A stretch of DNA of 62,111 bases, counting the filler, from Candidatus Fermentibacterota bacterium (GTDB lineage: Bacteria > JAFGKV01): the NCBI GenBank assembly GCA_016928395.1. It is 6 parts of 6 records of this genome, joined end to end, with 100 filler letters (N's around TTAATTAATTAA, not from the genome) between each part and the next. Parts side by side here need not be neighbours in the genome. Positions count along the whole stretch, not along the records: positions 7,132 to 35,957 come from JAFGKV010000264.1; 5 more parts are not named here. One strand, given 5' to 3'. The notes beneath the pieces are model-generated. The model ran no database searches, was not told where the DNA came from, and worked only from the letters and a program-made list of their open reading frames with translations. Of the stretch, positions 7,623 to 17,821 are shown in pieces (the first letter of the stretch is position 1; every line of letters starts with the position of its first letter). The position numbers and the translations under genes were made by a program.

Positions 7623-10532
7623 TCAGCAGTATCTTCCGCATTCCGCGCTCCGCATTCCGCACTCAGTCGTCTCCTCACTCCTGCCTTCGCGAAGCGAGGC
7701 GAGGACAACCATGGGCCTGATGACGCCCGCACGAATCTGCGTTCTCGTGTAGAGGCTGGCCACGCGTCCATCGGCGCCCGCAAGGGTTGCGCGACAACCG
7801 TTTCCCATGGGGACTGCGCCGAACCCCTCGGTCAGGACCACGGGGAAGGGAAGATCCTCGTCGCCGGTGACGCCCGTGGCGATCTCTCGCCCCGCGAATC
7901 GAACCCAGTCGGAGGCCGGTACCGAGGGTGCGACAACGCCGCGGACCCCCGCGGCGCGGCAGCCTTCCAGGAAGGCATGGTCGATGGGCTCGGGGCTGAT
8001 CACCACGGCCCCGGCGTGTTCATCCGGCCCAAAGGAGCCTGCCACAACCCGGCACGGCCCAAATCCCTCTCCACCGAACCCGATGGCCCCGTGGATGATG
8101 ATTCCCTGCCCGGAGAGGGTCGCTGATCGCCCAGGCACAACGTCGGTGACGGTTCCCGCCACGGATCCGACGGTGACCAGCGGTTGCAGGTCGTAATGAA
8201 GCACGACCTCGCCCCGGTCGGTGTCGATCTCCTTGAGGATACCCGAGCGGGGCGCCTTGATGGGCAGGCGGTTCCCGCTTCCCCGTACCAGCTCTTGGCC
8301 CGCCTGCACAAAGTCGCCGACCTGGAACTCCAGCCGGCTCCTGATGTGCCCCTTCGGAATGCCAAGGAAGCCCGCGATGTCGACTCGCACGGGTTTGCGC
8401 GCGTAATCCTGGATCTCCCGCAGGACGATGGTGCCGTGTTCCTCGACGGCACTGACATGCCCCCGCACGGGGGAGTTGCAATAGAACTCAACGCCCAGGA
8501 ATGCCTCGCGCCCGCGGAAAATCCGTTGCCCCATGGCGACCTCGTCGCCTTCCTTCACCAGAATCCCGTCGCGAATCGCCTCGGGTGAGAAGCGACGCTG
8601 GTACCCGAGCAACCGCCGCACATCCACCAGGAAGACCCGGGGGGGAGTCAGCACATTCTCGCCCACAGGGGTGGCAGGTTCCACCCGGTCTCCCAAACTC
8701 ACAAAAATCGTTCCCTCGTACGGCAGCTCGCGACGAATGTCGAACGGACCCTCAACTACGGTCGAACGCGTGCGGCGCGGCGGGATGGTCACGGCTCTCG
8801 GGCGGGTCATTGGCCAGGGTTCACCAAAGGAGAGCAGCGGCTCGCCGTTGAACGCCGTACCCCGTCCCCGGCAATCAAACAGGACGGGCAGCGTCGTCTC
8901 CAGCGTTACCTCATCGGTCTGCCCGTACAGGCGGATACCCGGCGCAGGTGTAATCTCCCACACTCCGCCGTCCGGCGCGAAGAAGACCTCTCCTCCCCGG
9001 AGCTCGCGCCGAGCGCCGCTTCTGCGATCCCGCAGGGAAACCATCACCGCCTCATGCACTTCACCGGTGGGCGCCACCACGTAGGCAAGGTCGCGGAGAG
9101 ACTCCTCGAAGAGCTCCAGTGCGGCAGCGGGATTTACCGTGGAGAGCACCCCCAGATGCGGGCTTCGGAAGGAGGTGTCCACGGCAAGCTTGGTGAGGCC
9201 GGTGGGAAGGAATCCGTCAACGAGCATCCGGATCGCTTCGTGAGTTGATGCATTGGAGAACACGCCGCCCGCCCCAATCATCACGTCGATGTCGGAGACG
9301 TGGAAGAGACTGCTGGCGTCGACTCCGTGGAACGTCTCCTGAAAGGGATCGAAGTCAACGCGGTTGCGGAGCCTGTCCAGGAGGCCAACCTTGGCCACCG
9401 TGAAGTTCATATCCTGATGCTGGCGCCATGCCACGGAGATGCCCGCTATGGCAGCGGCGTGCTCCATGAGGAGTTCTGCTTCTTCGGTGGGAATACTGGT
9501 CGGATTGAGCATCTTGTTGGCCGCGTACTCGCGGATGTGGGCTTCCTCGATACCGGCCGGGAGGTGCCGCATCACCGCATCGATGCCTGCGGCGGCAATG
9601 GTGGCGCACAGAGAGTAGCTCACGCCGATATTGGCGGCCACCGTGCGGCGGTACTCGCCATAGATGTTGGAAAAGACATCCGTCGTGGCGCCGCCCATGT
9701 CCGCCATGACAACATTCTGACCATGCCGGCGCGCATACAACTCAAGAATCCTCTCCACCGCCGTTGGAGTCGGTATGATATCTGCGGCTGCCCATCCCTT
9801 CAGAGTGCGGTAGCCGGGTGCACGCTCCATGACGGTATCCATGAACAGCCTGAGGATGGCCTCCTTGGCGGGGCGCAGATTGGTGTCGGTCAATGTCGGG
9901 CGGACATTGTCCACCATGTGCAGATCGAAGGAGCCGGCCAGCACCGGGGCGACATATTCCCTGGCGTCTACATTGCCACAGAAGACCAGTGGGATGCGAC
10001 CTTCCGGATCGAACTTTGCGGTTGGCTGGGCCAGGCGCAGGATCTCGGCCAGCCGCACCACATTGGCAATGTCGCCGCCATCGATGCCGCCGGCCATGAG
10101 GATCAGATCAGGATGCAAAGCGCGGATGATCCGCATGGTGTGAATGGTAGGCGTTCGGTCATCGATGGTGAAGACGCGGAGGATCACGCCCCCGGCGCCC
10201 TGGGCCGCCATCTGAGCGATCCGGCCGGTATCGGTGGAGGTCAGGCCCACCACCAGCATCTGCAGCCCCCCGCCGGCCGAACTGGTGGTCAGGTACGGTA
10301 CCATCGGCACGCCTGATTCGTCCAGAATCTGCACGCCGGCCTGCCTGCCCACCGCCTCGGCTGCGGCACGCACCCCGATGCACACGTCTTCCGAGGGCTT
10401 CTCCACCGTAGTGGGCACGTTCACGCCTGCCGCGATGCGGTAGCCTCCGTCGCGACGGGCGAGCAGGATACCCTTGGTGGTAGTGCTGCCGACATCGGTC
10501 ACAAACACGTGACCTGTATGATCATCCAACAT
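7623..10532 (-). CDS. glutamate mutase L (MutL/GlmL, ASKHA fold) protein fused to an uncharacterised C-terminal region
   Basis: DVGSTTTK, TSSAGGGLQM, LMAGGIDGG, DMGGATTDV; about 350 extra C-terminal aa; start set at ATG 10532. Confidence 0.75.
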   Translation of the reverse strand: MLDDHTGHVFVTDVGSTTTKGILLARRDGGYRIAAGVNVPTTVEKPSEDVCIGVRAAAEAVGRQAGVQILDESGVPMVPYLTTSSAGGGLQMLVVGLTSTDTGRIAQMAAQGAGGVILRVFTIDDRTPTIHTMRIIRALHPDLILMAGGIDGGDIANVVRLAEILRLAQPTAKFDPEGRIPLVFCGNVDAREYVAPVLAGSFDLHMVDNVRPTLTDTNLRPAKEAILRLFMDTVMERAPGYRTLKGWAAADIIPTPTAVERILELYARRHGQNVVMADMGGATTDVFSNIYGEYRRTVAANIGVSYSLCATIAAAGIDAVMRHLPAGIEEAHIREYAANKMLNPTSIPTEEAELLMEHAAAIAGISVAWRQHQDMNFTVAKVGLLDRLRNRVDFDPFQETFHGVDASSLFHVSDIDVMIGAGGVFSNASTHEAIRMLVDGFLPTGLTKLAVDTSFRSPHLGVLSTVNPAAALELFEESLRDLAYVVAPTGEVHEAVMVSLRDRRSGARRELRGGEVFFAPDGGVWEITPAPGIRLYGQTDEVTLETTLPVLFDCRGRGTAFNGEPLLSFGEPWPMTRPRAVTIPPRRTRSTVVEGPFDIRRELPYEGTIFVSLGDRVEPATPVGENVLTPPRVFLVDVRRLLGYQRRFSPEAIRDGILVKEGDEVAMGQRIFRGREAFLGVEFYCNSPVRGHVSAVEEHGTIVLREIQDYARKPVRVDIAGFLGIPKGHIRSRLEFQVGDFVQAGQELVRGSGNRLPIKAPRSGILKEIDTDRGEVVLHYDLQPLVTVGSVAGTVTDVVPGRSATLSGQGIIIHGAIGFGGEGFGPCRVVAGSFGPDEHAGAVVISPEPIDHAFLEGCRAAGVRGVVAPSVPASDWVRFAGREIATGVTGDEDLPFPVVLTEGFGAVPMGNGCRATLAGADGRVASLYTRTQIRAGVIRPMVVLASLREGRSEETTECGMRSAECGRYC

Positions 10533-10578
10533 GGCTCCCTCCTGGCAGATGCGCCGCCTGGGCGCGCGCTGTCTGCTA

Positions 10579-11055
10579 TCAATTCCCCTGTGGCGGCACA
10601 ACCGCGTGCAAGGCGCTCCTGATCGCCTCCTGAATCCTCCGCACTTCTTCGTCACCACGGTACGGTCGGCGCTGCCAGATCATCCTCTTCGAGAACAGGC
10701 CATCCTTCCGCCGCCTCGGCATCACGTGCACGTGGAGGTGGGGGACGCTCTGACTGACGATGGTATTGATAGCAAGAAACGAGCCCTCCGCGCCCAGCCC
10801 TTCCTGCACGGCCCATGCCAGGCGTTTTGCCACGCGAAAGAGCGGCTGCACCATGATGTCTGGGAGGTCGAGCAGAGTCGCGCAGTGGATCCTGGGCACC
10901 ACAAGACAGTGGCCGTGCACGAGAGGACGGTGGTCAAGAAACGCCATGGTGTGTTCGTCTTCGAACACCACATGGCTCGGCGCACGACCGGCAATGATGT
11001 CGCAGAGCGCGCATGCGGCCACCTGGTCGAAAAGATGGAGTTCCACGAGATTCAC
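10579..11055 (-). CDS. HIT family hydrolase
   Basis: QSVPHLHVHVMPR histidine triad. Confidence 0.9.
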   Translation of the reverse strand: MNLVELHLFDQVAACALCDIIAGRAPSHVVFEDEHTMAFLDHRPLVHGHCLVVPRIHCATLLDLPDIMVQPLFRVAKRLAWAVQEGLGAEGSFLAINTIVSQSVPHLHVHVMPRRRKDGLFSKRMIWQRRPYRGDEEVRRIQEAIRSALHAVVPPQGN

Positions 11056-11389
11056 CTACCGGGAAGGATGGAAAGAACGGAGGACCCGTGAAGTGAGAAG
11101 ACCGAAGCTCCATCGTCCAGTATGGAGGGACGCGATTCCTCGCGTCCGCGGTGCGGACGCGCAATGGCGGACCGGCGAAGCGGGTCCCTCCAACGGGGGG
11201 ATTCCTGAGGAAAGACGCGCACGGCCCCGCATCCAGTGGTGCGGGATCAGTCGCGAAGGAGCAAATCCCTCCCAACCTCCCTTTGTCAAAGGGAGGAGCT
11301 GGTGGGCAGTCCGGCGTGTCTCCCCACTCCTCACTCCTCACTCCTCACTCCTATCTCCTCACTTCGAAGAGAGCGAAGTGAGCCAAGCC

Positions 11390-12160
11390 CTACTGCAGCT
11401 CACATTCCAGGTGGCGCCGGATTCGATCTCGAACCTTGTCCCAGGATGGCGTGATGAGGAAGCTTTCCTCTATATTCTCGACCATCCGGGCGAACAGCGG
11501 CCAGGGAATCGCCAGGGTCAGCTCCGATCCCCCGACACAGGGCCGCGCCGACACGTCGAACATGCCCAACACGGCCCGGGGACGCTCGGAGGCCAGCTCC
11601 GTGTAGGGATAGTAGACGATAGAGGCGCATCCGGCGCCCATGGGCGCGATGACCCCATGAAGATCCACTCGGTCGTAGTTGACCAAGGTAAACAGCCCGG
11701 CCAGCACATCGCAGGTGGCAAAGAAGATGACCACCGCCGGCTCGTCCTTCTCGCGGAGCAGGTCCCATGGGGAGAACACGAGATGGCGCGCCGGGGCATG
11801 AAACGGCGCCATGTCCTCCATCATCCGGTGGACGATCTCGGGCGACTTCTTGTAGCGTTCACCCTCCAGTTTCCCCGGGATGCCGCAGGAGAGGAAGTAA
11901 TCGAACTGCGGGCTTATCTCCTGGGTGAATCCCGTGTAGCGCGTGCCGCCTCCGCACCCGACGGTATCGGCGCCAAACGACAGGGCATTCCCCTGTCGTA
12001 CCCCGGAGAGATCGCAGATGAGGCACCGGTGGCCCTTGGCCACGGGAGCCTGCGTAATACCTTTGGGCTCATCCTCATACCACAGGGCGATGGGCAGCTC
12101 GGCACCGGGGAAGTAGCGCCGCCATTCATCGGTGAAGTGTTTCTTGAGAGCGCGATCCAT
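11390..12160 (-). CDS. DUF169 family protein
   Basis: CGGGTRYTGF, EGERYKKSPE, AGCASI, GMFDVSAR. Confidence 0.75.
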   Translation of the reverse strand: MDRALKKHFTDEWRRYFPGAELPIALWYEDEPKGITQAPVAKGHRCLICDLSGVRQGNALSFGADTVGCGGGTRYTGFTQEISPQFDYFLSCGIPGKLEGERYKKSPEIVHRMMEDMAPFHAPARHLVFSPWDLLREKDEPAVVIFFATCDVLAGLFTLVNYDRVDLHGVIAPMGAGCASIVYYPYTELASERPRAVLGMFDVSARPCVGGSELTLAIPWPLFARMVENIEESFLITPSWDKVRDRIRRHLECELQ

Positions 12161-12178
12161 GGTTCCTCCTTGCGGGGG

Positions 12179-12469
12179 TCAGCGCTCAGCGCCCGGCATG
12201 ATGCCGGCGCGGCGCCGGCAGTCGTCCTTCACGGCACGAGGAGTCAACGAAAGGGCAAGCCCCACCAGCAGCCCGACGATCACCACATCATCCACGTGCC
12301 CGAGCACTGGAACGAAATCGGGAATGAGGTCGATGGGGGACACGAGATAGCCGACGGCGGCCACGAGAAGCGCCCGGGGCAGCCAGGGTGTCCGTGGGTC
12401 CCCCGCCATGAGGCGGTACGACTCCACTGCCCGCAGGAATCGTGAGAACCGACGCTGCAGCGCCTTCAC
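12179..12469 (-). CDS. DUF1232/YkvA family small membrane protein
   Basis: YLVSPIDLIPDFVPVLGHVDD. Confidence 0.88.
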   Translation of the reverse strand: MKALQRRFSRFLRAVESYRLMAGDPRTPWLPRALLVAAVGYLVSPIDLIPDFVPVLGHVDDVVIVGLLVGLALSLTPRAVKDDCRRRAGIMPGAER

Positions 12470-12519
12470 TGAAAGCCTCGGGGTGCATGCCGCGACGCGG
12501 AGACCACCAACCGACCGTC

Positions 12520-13317
12520 TTAGAGCACGAACATGATGGTTCGCAGCACGTCCATGTAGTCGGCATGCTCGAACCTGACGGTGAACGCATCGACGACATG
12601 AGCGCCCGGATAGAAACCGGCCCGGTAGGCTTTGACATGAGTGCGATACCCGATCTCCAGGACAAACCGGTCAGGAATCGGGATCAGGCATCGTTTCACA
12701 TCGCCGCGGAGAGATGCCTCTACACCGGTTCTGATCCTCTCCACTGCCGCGGCGGGGTGAAGGTTGATAGTGGAGTCGCCGACGCCCTGTTTCACCGCCA
12801 CGGTCCCGATGGCGGGATTCACCACGGCCACCTCGTCGCACAGCCCCTGGTCGCCGGATACGAAGGCCACGGGCACGCCCACCGACGCGGCGGCATACCC
12901 GTGTAGCAGGAACTCCGAGGCGAAGCGGTCATTCACCTTGATATGGCCCGCGACGCCGCACATGGTATGGGCCAGCGGGCTGGTAGCCAGGCCCGCCCGG
13001 CTATGGTAGCCGATCATGAGCATGGCGGCGAATGAGCCGTCCAGTTCCTGGGCCATGGACAGCGGATGCCCGCTCCATCCCCGCACGAGCCGGACTTCCT
13101 TGGGAAGCTTGCCGGCCTGAAGATTCCTGCCCGTGTCGTGGGCGTCCTTCACCCAGACCTCATCGGCTCCCGCGGCCAGTGCGCCTTCACAGGCGGCGGC
13201 CACCTCCGCGGTCATTTGATCTCTGAACTCGCCGTAGTCGCTCTTCTTGGCATCGGTCTCATCGTCGTGGGTAGCGCCGGTGACGCCCTCGATGTCTGCA
13301 CTGATGTAGATCTTCAC
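12520..13317 (-). CDS. dppA: M55 family D-aminopeptidase (DppA-like)
   Basis: MKIYISADIEGV, DAH, GYHS, AHT. Confidence 0.9.
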   Translation of the reverse strand: MKIYISADIEGVTGATHDDETDAKKSDYGEFRDQMTAEVAAACEGALAAGADEVWVKDAHDTGRNLQAGKLPKEVRLVRGWSGHPLSMAQELDGSFAAMLMIGYHSRAGLATSPLAHTMCGVAGHIKVNDRFASEFLLHGYAAASVGVPVAFVSGDQGLCDEVAVVNPAIGTVAVKQGVGDSTINLHPAAAVERIRTGVEASLRGDVKRCLIPIPDRFVLEIGYRTHVKAYRAGFYPGAHVVDAFTVRFEHADYMDVLRTIMFVL

Positions 13318-14252
13318 GATTCATCTCCCTGGGTCGCGCGCGCCTGCGCGCATGACTGCCGTTGGGGTTGTTCAAGGTCGTGGGTCCAAAGCCAGAAGTC
13401 AATCGAAGCCGGCGCATTCACGGCCAGCGCGTAGGGTTCGCCGTGCCGGTCAATGGCGTGAATGACCACGGGCCCCAGGAATCCCCCGCGGAGATCACCC
13501 AGGTCCGCAGCGGCTTCATGGCAGGCCTCGGCCACACGGGCGCCGCCTTTCATGAGAAGCACCACCGACCGCGCCGTGCCGCAGCGGATCGTCATTTCCC
13601 CTGTGTGCGTGCAGCCACAGGCGCCACAACGGTCATCGGCGTAGATCCCGGCGCCGATGAGAGGGGAATCACCCAGCCTCCCGGGGTACTTGTAGGCCCA
13701 GCCCGACGTGCTGGCGCCTGCAGACAAGTGCCCGTGCCGATCCATGGCCAGATAGATCACCGTGCCGCCGGTGCGGCTCGTGGGCATGGGCCAAGCCAGG
13801 GAGGTCAGAGGGGCATGAGCCACCCCGTTCACAAGGTCATCCAGCCCGCGTTTCCGCACCCAGGAGGCGTGGGCCGCCCGGGCTTCCCCGGTCAGCATTT
13901 CGGCTGCTTCCAAGCCCATTTCGCCGGCGAACCGCGCCGCACCCTCGCCGGCCAGCATCACGTGCGGCAGCCGCTCCATGACGAGACGGGCCGCTGCTAT
14001 GGCGTGGAGATACCCTCGCAAGGCTCCCACCGCGCCTGTCATCCGGGTTGCCCCGTCCATGATGGCGGCATCGCACTCCACGATGCCTAGCATAGTGGGG
14101 AGCCCTCCGCGGCCCACGCTGCGAATAGCGGGATCTGCCTCCACGGGTTCGATTCCCGCCTGCACTGCGTCCAGGGCAGCTTTGCCCTCCCGAAGCGACG
14201 CAGCGGCGGCCTCCACCCCTGCTGCTCCCTCGTCGTTGGTGACAATGATCAT
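13314..14252 (-). CDS. Ntn-hydrolase isoaspartyl peptidase / glycosylasparaginase family
   Basis: SVGRGG, ECDAAIMDG, GTV nucleophile, STSG...GRLGDSPLIGAG. Confidence 0.88.
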   Translation of the reverse strand: MIIVTNDEGAAGVEAAAASLREGKAALDAVQAGIEPVEADPAIRSVGRGGLPTMLGIVECDAAIMDGATRMTGAVGALRGYLHAIAAARLVMERLPHVMLAGEGAARFAGEMGLEAAEMLTGEARAAHASWVRKRGLDDLVNGVAHAPLTSLAWPMPTSRTGGTVIYLAMDRHGHLSAGASTSGWAYKYPGRLGDSPLIGAGIYADDRCGACGCTHTGEMTIRCGTARSVVLLMKGGARVAEACHEAAADLGDLRGGFLGPVVIHAIDRHGEPYALAVNAPASIDFWLWTHDLEQPQRQSCAQARATQGDES

Positions 14253-14420
14253 GCCCTCTCCTCGCCGGCGGATTGACGGCCCGGCTCACAGCGCCGAAGG
14301 ATAGCGCCATAGACGCGCGTGCCGACCTGTTCGCCGGACAGGGCACTAGATACATTGGTCGCGCGATGCGTCAATGCACCACCTGCGCATCATCGTTCCC
14401 TCAATCCCCGTGAGGAGAGT

Positions 14421-15083
14421 ATGCAGCGCTTTGTCGAGCCCACGATCCTGCTTTCGTGTATCATATCCCTCGTGTCAGCATCCGATCTCGAGGAAACACC
14501 GTGCCCCCTCTATGCGACCCTGTTCGCCCCTCATCTCGCGGCAGTGTCCGCCAGAGAAGCTCTCTCCGACTCCCTGCATCCGCAGTTCGATCGCTACACG
14601 GCGGCCCTTGAAGCGCTGGAACTGCCTTCGGATGCCCTCGAAGACGTAGAGGGGCCGCTGCGCTGGCTTCTGGAGAAGCGCCATGCTCTGACGCGGTCCG
14701 TTGCCGCGCTCACCGGTGCCGAGGTGTCCGAGGCCGCGTCGTTCGCGGAGTCATGCCTGCTCTGCTATGAATGGGAGGGCATGAGTGACTGCCCCCTGGA
14801 AGAGGCCCGCTGCGCCGAGGAGTTCCTGAAGGCTCGGCCCTATTCCCCGCTGGGCGCGGCTGTGCTGCTCTTCGTTGCCCATCGATACCGCTCGGCCTCC
14901 GAGTGCCTCCTGGCTGAGGGCCAAGAGGACGACTCCATCCTCGCCAGGCAGCGCGCCGATGCCGCCCTAATGCAGGCCATGCGCGCCGGCAACCCTCTCG
15001 CCTCCTATATGGCCGATGAGTTGGCCAGGGCGCCCTGGGTGTATCTGCGAAGCGCCCCCTCCGAGCCGAGAGACTCGCCGTGA
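14421..15083 (+). CDS. hypothetical exported protein
   Basis: RBS GAGGAG before ATG 14421, signal-like N-terminus, overlaps next gene start. Confidence 0.55.
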   Translation: MQRFVEPTILLSCIISLVSASDLEETPCPLYATLFAPHLAAVSAREALSDSLHPQFDRYTAALEALELPSDALEDVEGPLRWLLEKRHALTRSVAALTGAEVSEAASFAESCLLCYEWEGMSDCPLEEARCAEEFLKARPYSPLGAAVLLFVAHRYRSASECLLAEGQEDDSILARQRADAALMQAMRAGNPLASYMADELARAPWVYLRSAPSEPRDSP

Positions 15084-15694
15084 CCATTGCCGTTCATCCC
15101 CGGGCCCGGGCTCTGCTCTTCGATGTGGACGGCACTCTGGCCGACACCATGCCGCTGCACTTCTGGGCCTGGCACCGGCTGCTGGAAGATATGGGCATCG
15201 ACTATCCACAGGACATGTTCCATGCGCTGGCGGGCATGCCGACCCAACGCATCGTGGGGCTGGTGAACCAGCGCTTCGAGGTCAGCCTTGACCCAAGAGC
15301 CACCGCCGCCGCGAAAGAGCGCCTGTTCGCCACCCGCCTGCATGAGGTGAAGCCCATCGAACCGGTGGTGGCCCTGGCCAGGCACTGGCGCGGCGTGATG
15401 CCGATGGCCGTGGGTACCGGGGGGAGACGACGTCTTGTCCAGCGCATTCTCCACACGGTAGGACTCCGGGGATGGTTCCGCATTATCGTCGCCGCCGAAG
15501 ATGTCACGGATCACAAACCGGCGCCGGATACGTGGTTGACCTGCGCCAGACGCCTGGCAGTGCCACTGGAATGCTGCCAGGTATTCGAAGACGGTGACCT
15601 GGGCCTCGAAGCAGCCCGACAGGCCGGCATGATCGCCACCGACATACGGCCCTTTCTTCTCCCGGAGGATCCATTCCGTGTCCTTGACGGCTGA
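15080..15694 (+). CDS. HAD family phosphatase (YqaB/beta-PGM-like)
   Basis: FDVDGTL, KPAPD, VFEDGDLG. Confidence 0.9.
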   Translation: MTIAVHPRARALLFDVDGTLADTMPLHFWAWHRLLEDMGIDYPQDMFHALAGMPTQRIVGLVNQRFEVSLDPRATAAAKERLFATRLHEVKPIEPVVALARHWRGVMPMAVGTGGRRRLVQRILHTVGLRGWFRIIVAAEDVTDHKPAPDTWLTCARRLAVPLECCQVFEDGDLGLEAARQAGMIATDIRPFLLPEDPFRVLDG

Positions 15695-16784
15695 TTCCGA
15701 ACCCTTCGCCCACGAGCCGCACGCTTCCTCGACTCCTGAGCGCCGCATCGGCGTGGTGCGGGATGAGCGATACCTTCTGCACGATGCGGGGCCGGCGCAT
15801 CCCGAGTCGCCCCGCAGGCTGGAAGACCTTTATGCCTGCCTGGACGATCCCGAAGTAGCGGGCCTTGTTCGTACGATTCCACCCCGTCTGGCATCGGAGG
15901 AGGAGCTGCTGTGGAACCATACGCCGGAGCATGTGGGGCGCGTGCGCGATGCCTGTGCCCGGGGCCCCCGGCGGCTGGATCCCGACACCGGTGTCAGCCC
16001 GGGCTCGTGGGAGGCGGCCCTTCTGGCCGTGGGAGGCGTGTTCGCGGGGCTCGATGCGCTGGCCCGGCGGGAGGCGGATGTGTGCATAGCCTTGGTGCGG
16101 CCTCCGGGCCATCATGCCGAGGCGGATCGGAGCATGGGCTTCTGCCTGTTCAACAACGTGGCCTTGGGCGCCCACTATGCGCGACGGGTCCTGGGATGCG
16201 GGCGGATCATGATCGTCGACTGGGACCTCCATCATGGCAATGGGACCCAGCAAAGCTTCTACGCGGACCCCGACGTGCTCTTTGCCTCGATCCACCAGTT
16301 CCCCTTCTACCCAGGCACGGGCCCTCTAGGAGAGACGGGCACCAACGCAGGCGAGGGCCATACCGTAAATGTCCCGCTGGCGGCCGGCGCCGGCGATGAG
16401 GCCTATGCCGCGGCCTTCAACCGGGTCATCGTGCCCGTCGGACTCTCGTACCGGCCCGATCTGCTCCTAGTATCGGTTGGGTTTGACACCCATTGGGATG
16501 ATCCGCTGGGCGGCATGAGAGTCTCCCTGGACGGGTTTGCCTACATGACCAGGAGGCTCCTCGAGCTTGCCGCGGTCTGCTGCGGCGGCCGGATGCTGTT
16601 CTGCCTGGAGGGTGGCTACTCTCCCCGGGGCCAGCAGGAAGGGCTCCTGGCGATGCTGGGCGAATGCGCAGGGCGGTCCATCGCCCGGCCCGAAGCCATG
16701 GCCGGCCTGACCGAAGCCCACCATCCCGCCATCGATCTCATCGCCGAGTTCCACCGGCGCCACTGGCCGGTCATCGAGGGTTGA
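15678..16784 (+). CDS. histone deacetylase family amidohydrolase
   Basis: HPESPRRL, RPPGHHA, GFCLFNN, DWDLHHGNGTQ, LEGGY. Confidence 0.93.
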   Translation: MSLTADSEPFAHEPHASSTPERRIGVVRDERYLLHDAGPAHPESPRRLEDLYACLDDPEVAGLVRTIPPRLASEEELLWNHTPEHVGRVRDACARGPRRLDPDTGVSPGSWEAALLAVGGVFAGLDALARREADVCIALVRPPGHHAEADRSMGFCLFNNVALGAHYARRVLGCGRIMIVDWDLHHGNGTQQSFYADPDVLFASIHQFPFYPGTGPLGETGTNAGEGHTVNVPLAAGAGDEAYAAAFNRVIVPVGLSYRPDLLLVSVGFDTHWDDPLGGMRVSLDGFAYMTRRLLELAAVCCGGRMLFCLEGGYSPRGQQEGLLAMLGECAGRSIARPEAMAGLTEAHHPAIDLIAEFHRRHWPVIEG

Positions 16785-16955
16785 GGCATCGTCATCCCGG
16801 CCGGGGTTTTCGGCGCCAACGCTCCTTCTCCCTCAATTGGAGGAAGCTCAGCCGGCCCCCCACCGCGGGATGCGGCACTGGTCCCGCCCCTACGTTTGTC
16901 GCCCCGCTTTCATTCCCGGGCCTCTTGACTGCTCGGGCGGGCACAGGTCCCACCC

Positions 16956-17543
16956 CTACCGAGTTGATCGCGGCGCTGTTGCCGTGTCGGGGCAAACCGC
17001 CTCTGGTCGCCCTTGCAGCTCCTCGATCAGCCGCACTACCTCCGCCTCAATCATCGCCAGCCCCTCGTCCGGCGTCACCTCATCAAGGTCCGGAATCCTC
17101 CAGTAGGTCGTTTTCGTTTCCCACTCCGGGAACAATCGGGCGACCATGGGGCGATGCTCGGATTCGAAGAGTGCGATGCGAATGGCCGCCCGCCGTAGGT
17201 TCGCTTCGGTCAACGGGGTGGGATCCATAGTGGTGTTGGTCAGGGCGATCCCCCGACGCGTGAGGCCGACGATGACGTGGGGTGACAAGGCGCCCTGGGG
17301 GAGGAACAGGGAAAGACCCCGGGAGAATGCGCGCCATGGAATGGCTTGGCGTCGCGCGTGATGGTTGAACACCGCCTCGGCGAACCGGCTCCGGTAGTAG
17401 TTGCCGGTGCAGATGAAAAGAACGTGCGGGTGATTGCGAACGGCGAGCTCCTGGGGAAAGGGATGCGCAGAACCGAGGCTCACAAAGTCCGTACCCGGCG
17501 GCACTCCCGCAACCCCTTGTCGACGACAGGGTCGGCTCGCCAC
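16956..17543 (-). CDS. low molecular weight protein-tyrosine phosphatase family; true start probably near 17440
   Basis: VLFICTGNYYRSRFAE CX5R loop, WRIPD. Confidence 0.85.
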   Translation of the reverse strand: MASRPCRRQGVAGVPPGTDFVSLGSAHPFPQELAVRNHPHVLFICTGNYYRSRFAEAVFNHHARRQAIPWRAFSRGLSLFLPQGALSPHVIVGLTRRGIALTNTTMDPTPLTEANLRRAAIRIALFESEHRPMVARLFPEWETKTTYWRIPDLDEVTPDEGLAMIEAEVVRLIEELQGRPEAVCPDTATAPRSTR

Positions 17544-17705
17544 TCGTATCGGGGATCTCCTCCGTCACAGAGTAGGCGCACGACGGCGGCATGACGATGA
17601 GCCCGGCTAACCCGCCCGTTCCCTCCGAGTTTTCGATACGGCACGGACCTACCCACCACAGGCGGAGCGGCATTCCGCTTTGCCCCGAGGCTTTCGGAAT
17701 CGGGC

Positions 17706-17734
17706 TTGACACGCCACCCGCGGCCGGATACTCT
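17706..17734 (+). promoter_or_regulatory. sigma70-type promoter
   Basis: TTGACA-17nt-TACTCT upstream of 17822. Confidence 0.5.
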
Positions 17735-17821
17735 CGACACCGTGACAGAACTGCTTCGGGCGGCTCTCTGGAAGCCGAGCAGTGAGAAGAGCGACTTCCC
17801 CTCAGTCAAGGGAGTAACACG

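Noticed and set aside
10760-12445. 561-aa plus-strand ORF
   Set aside because: Antisense shadow of the HIT, DUF169 and DUF1232 genes, and it crosses repeats
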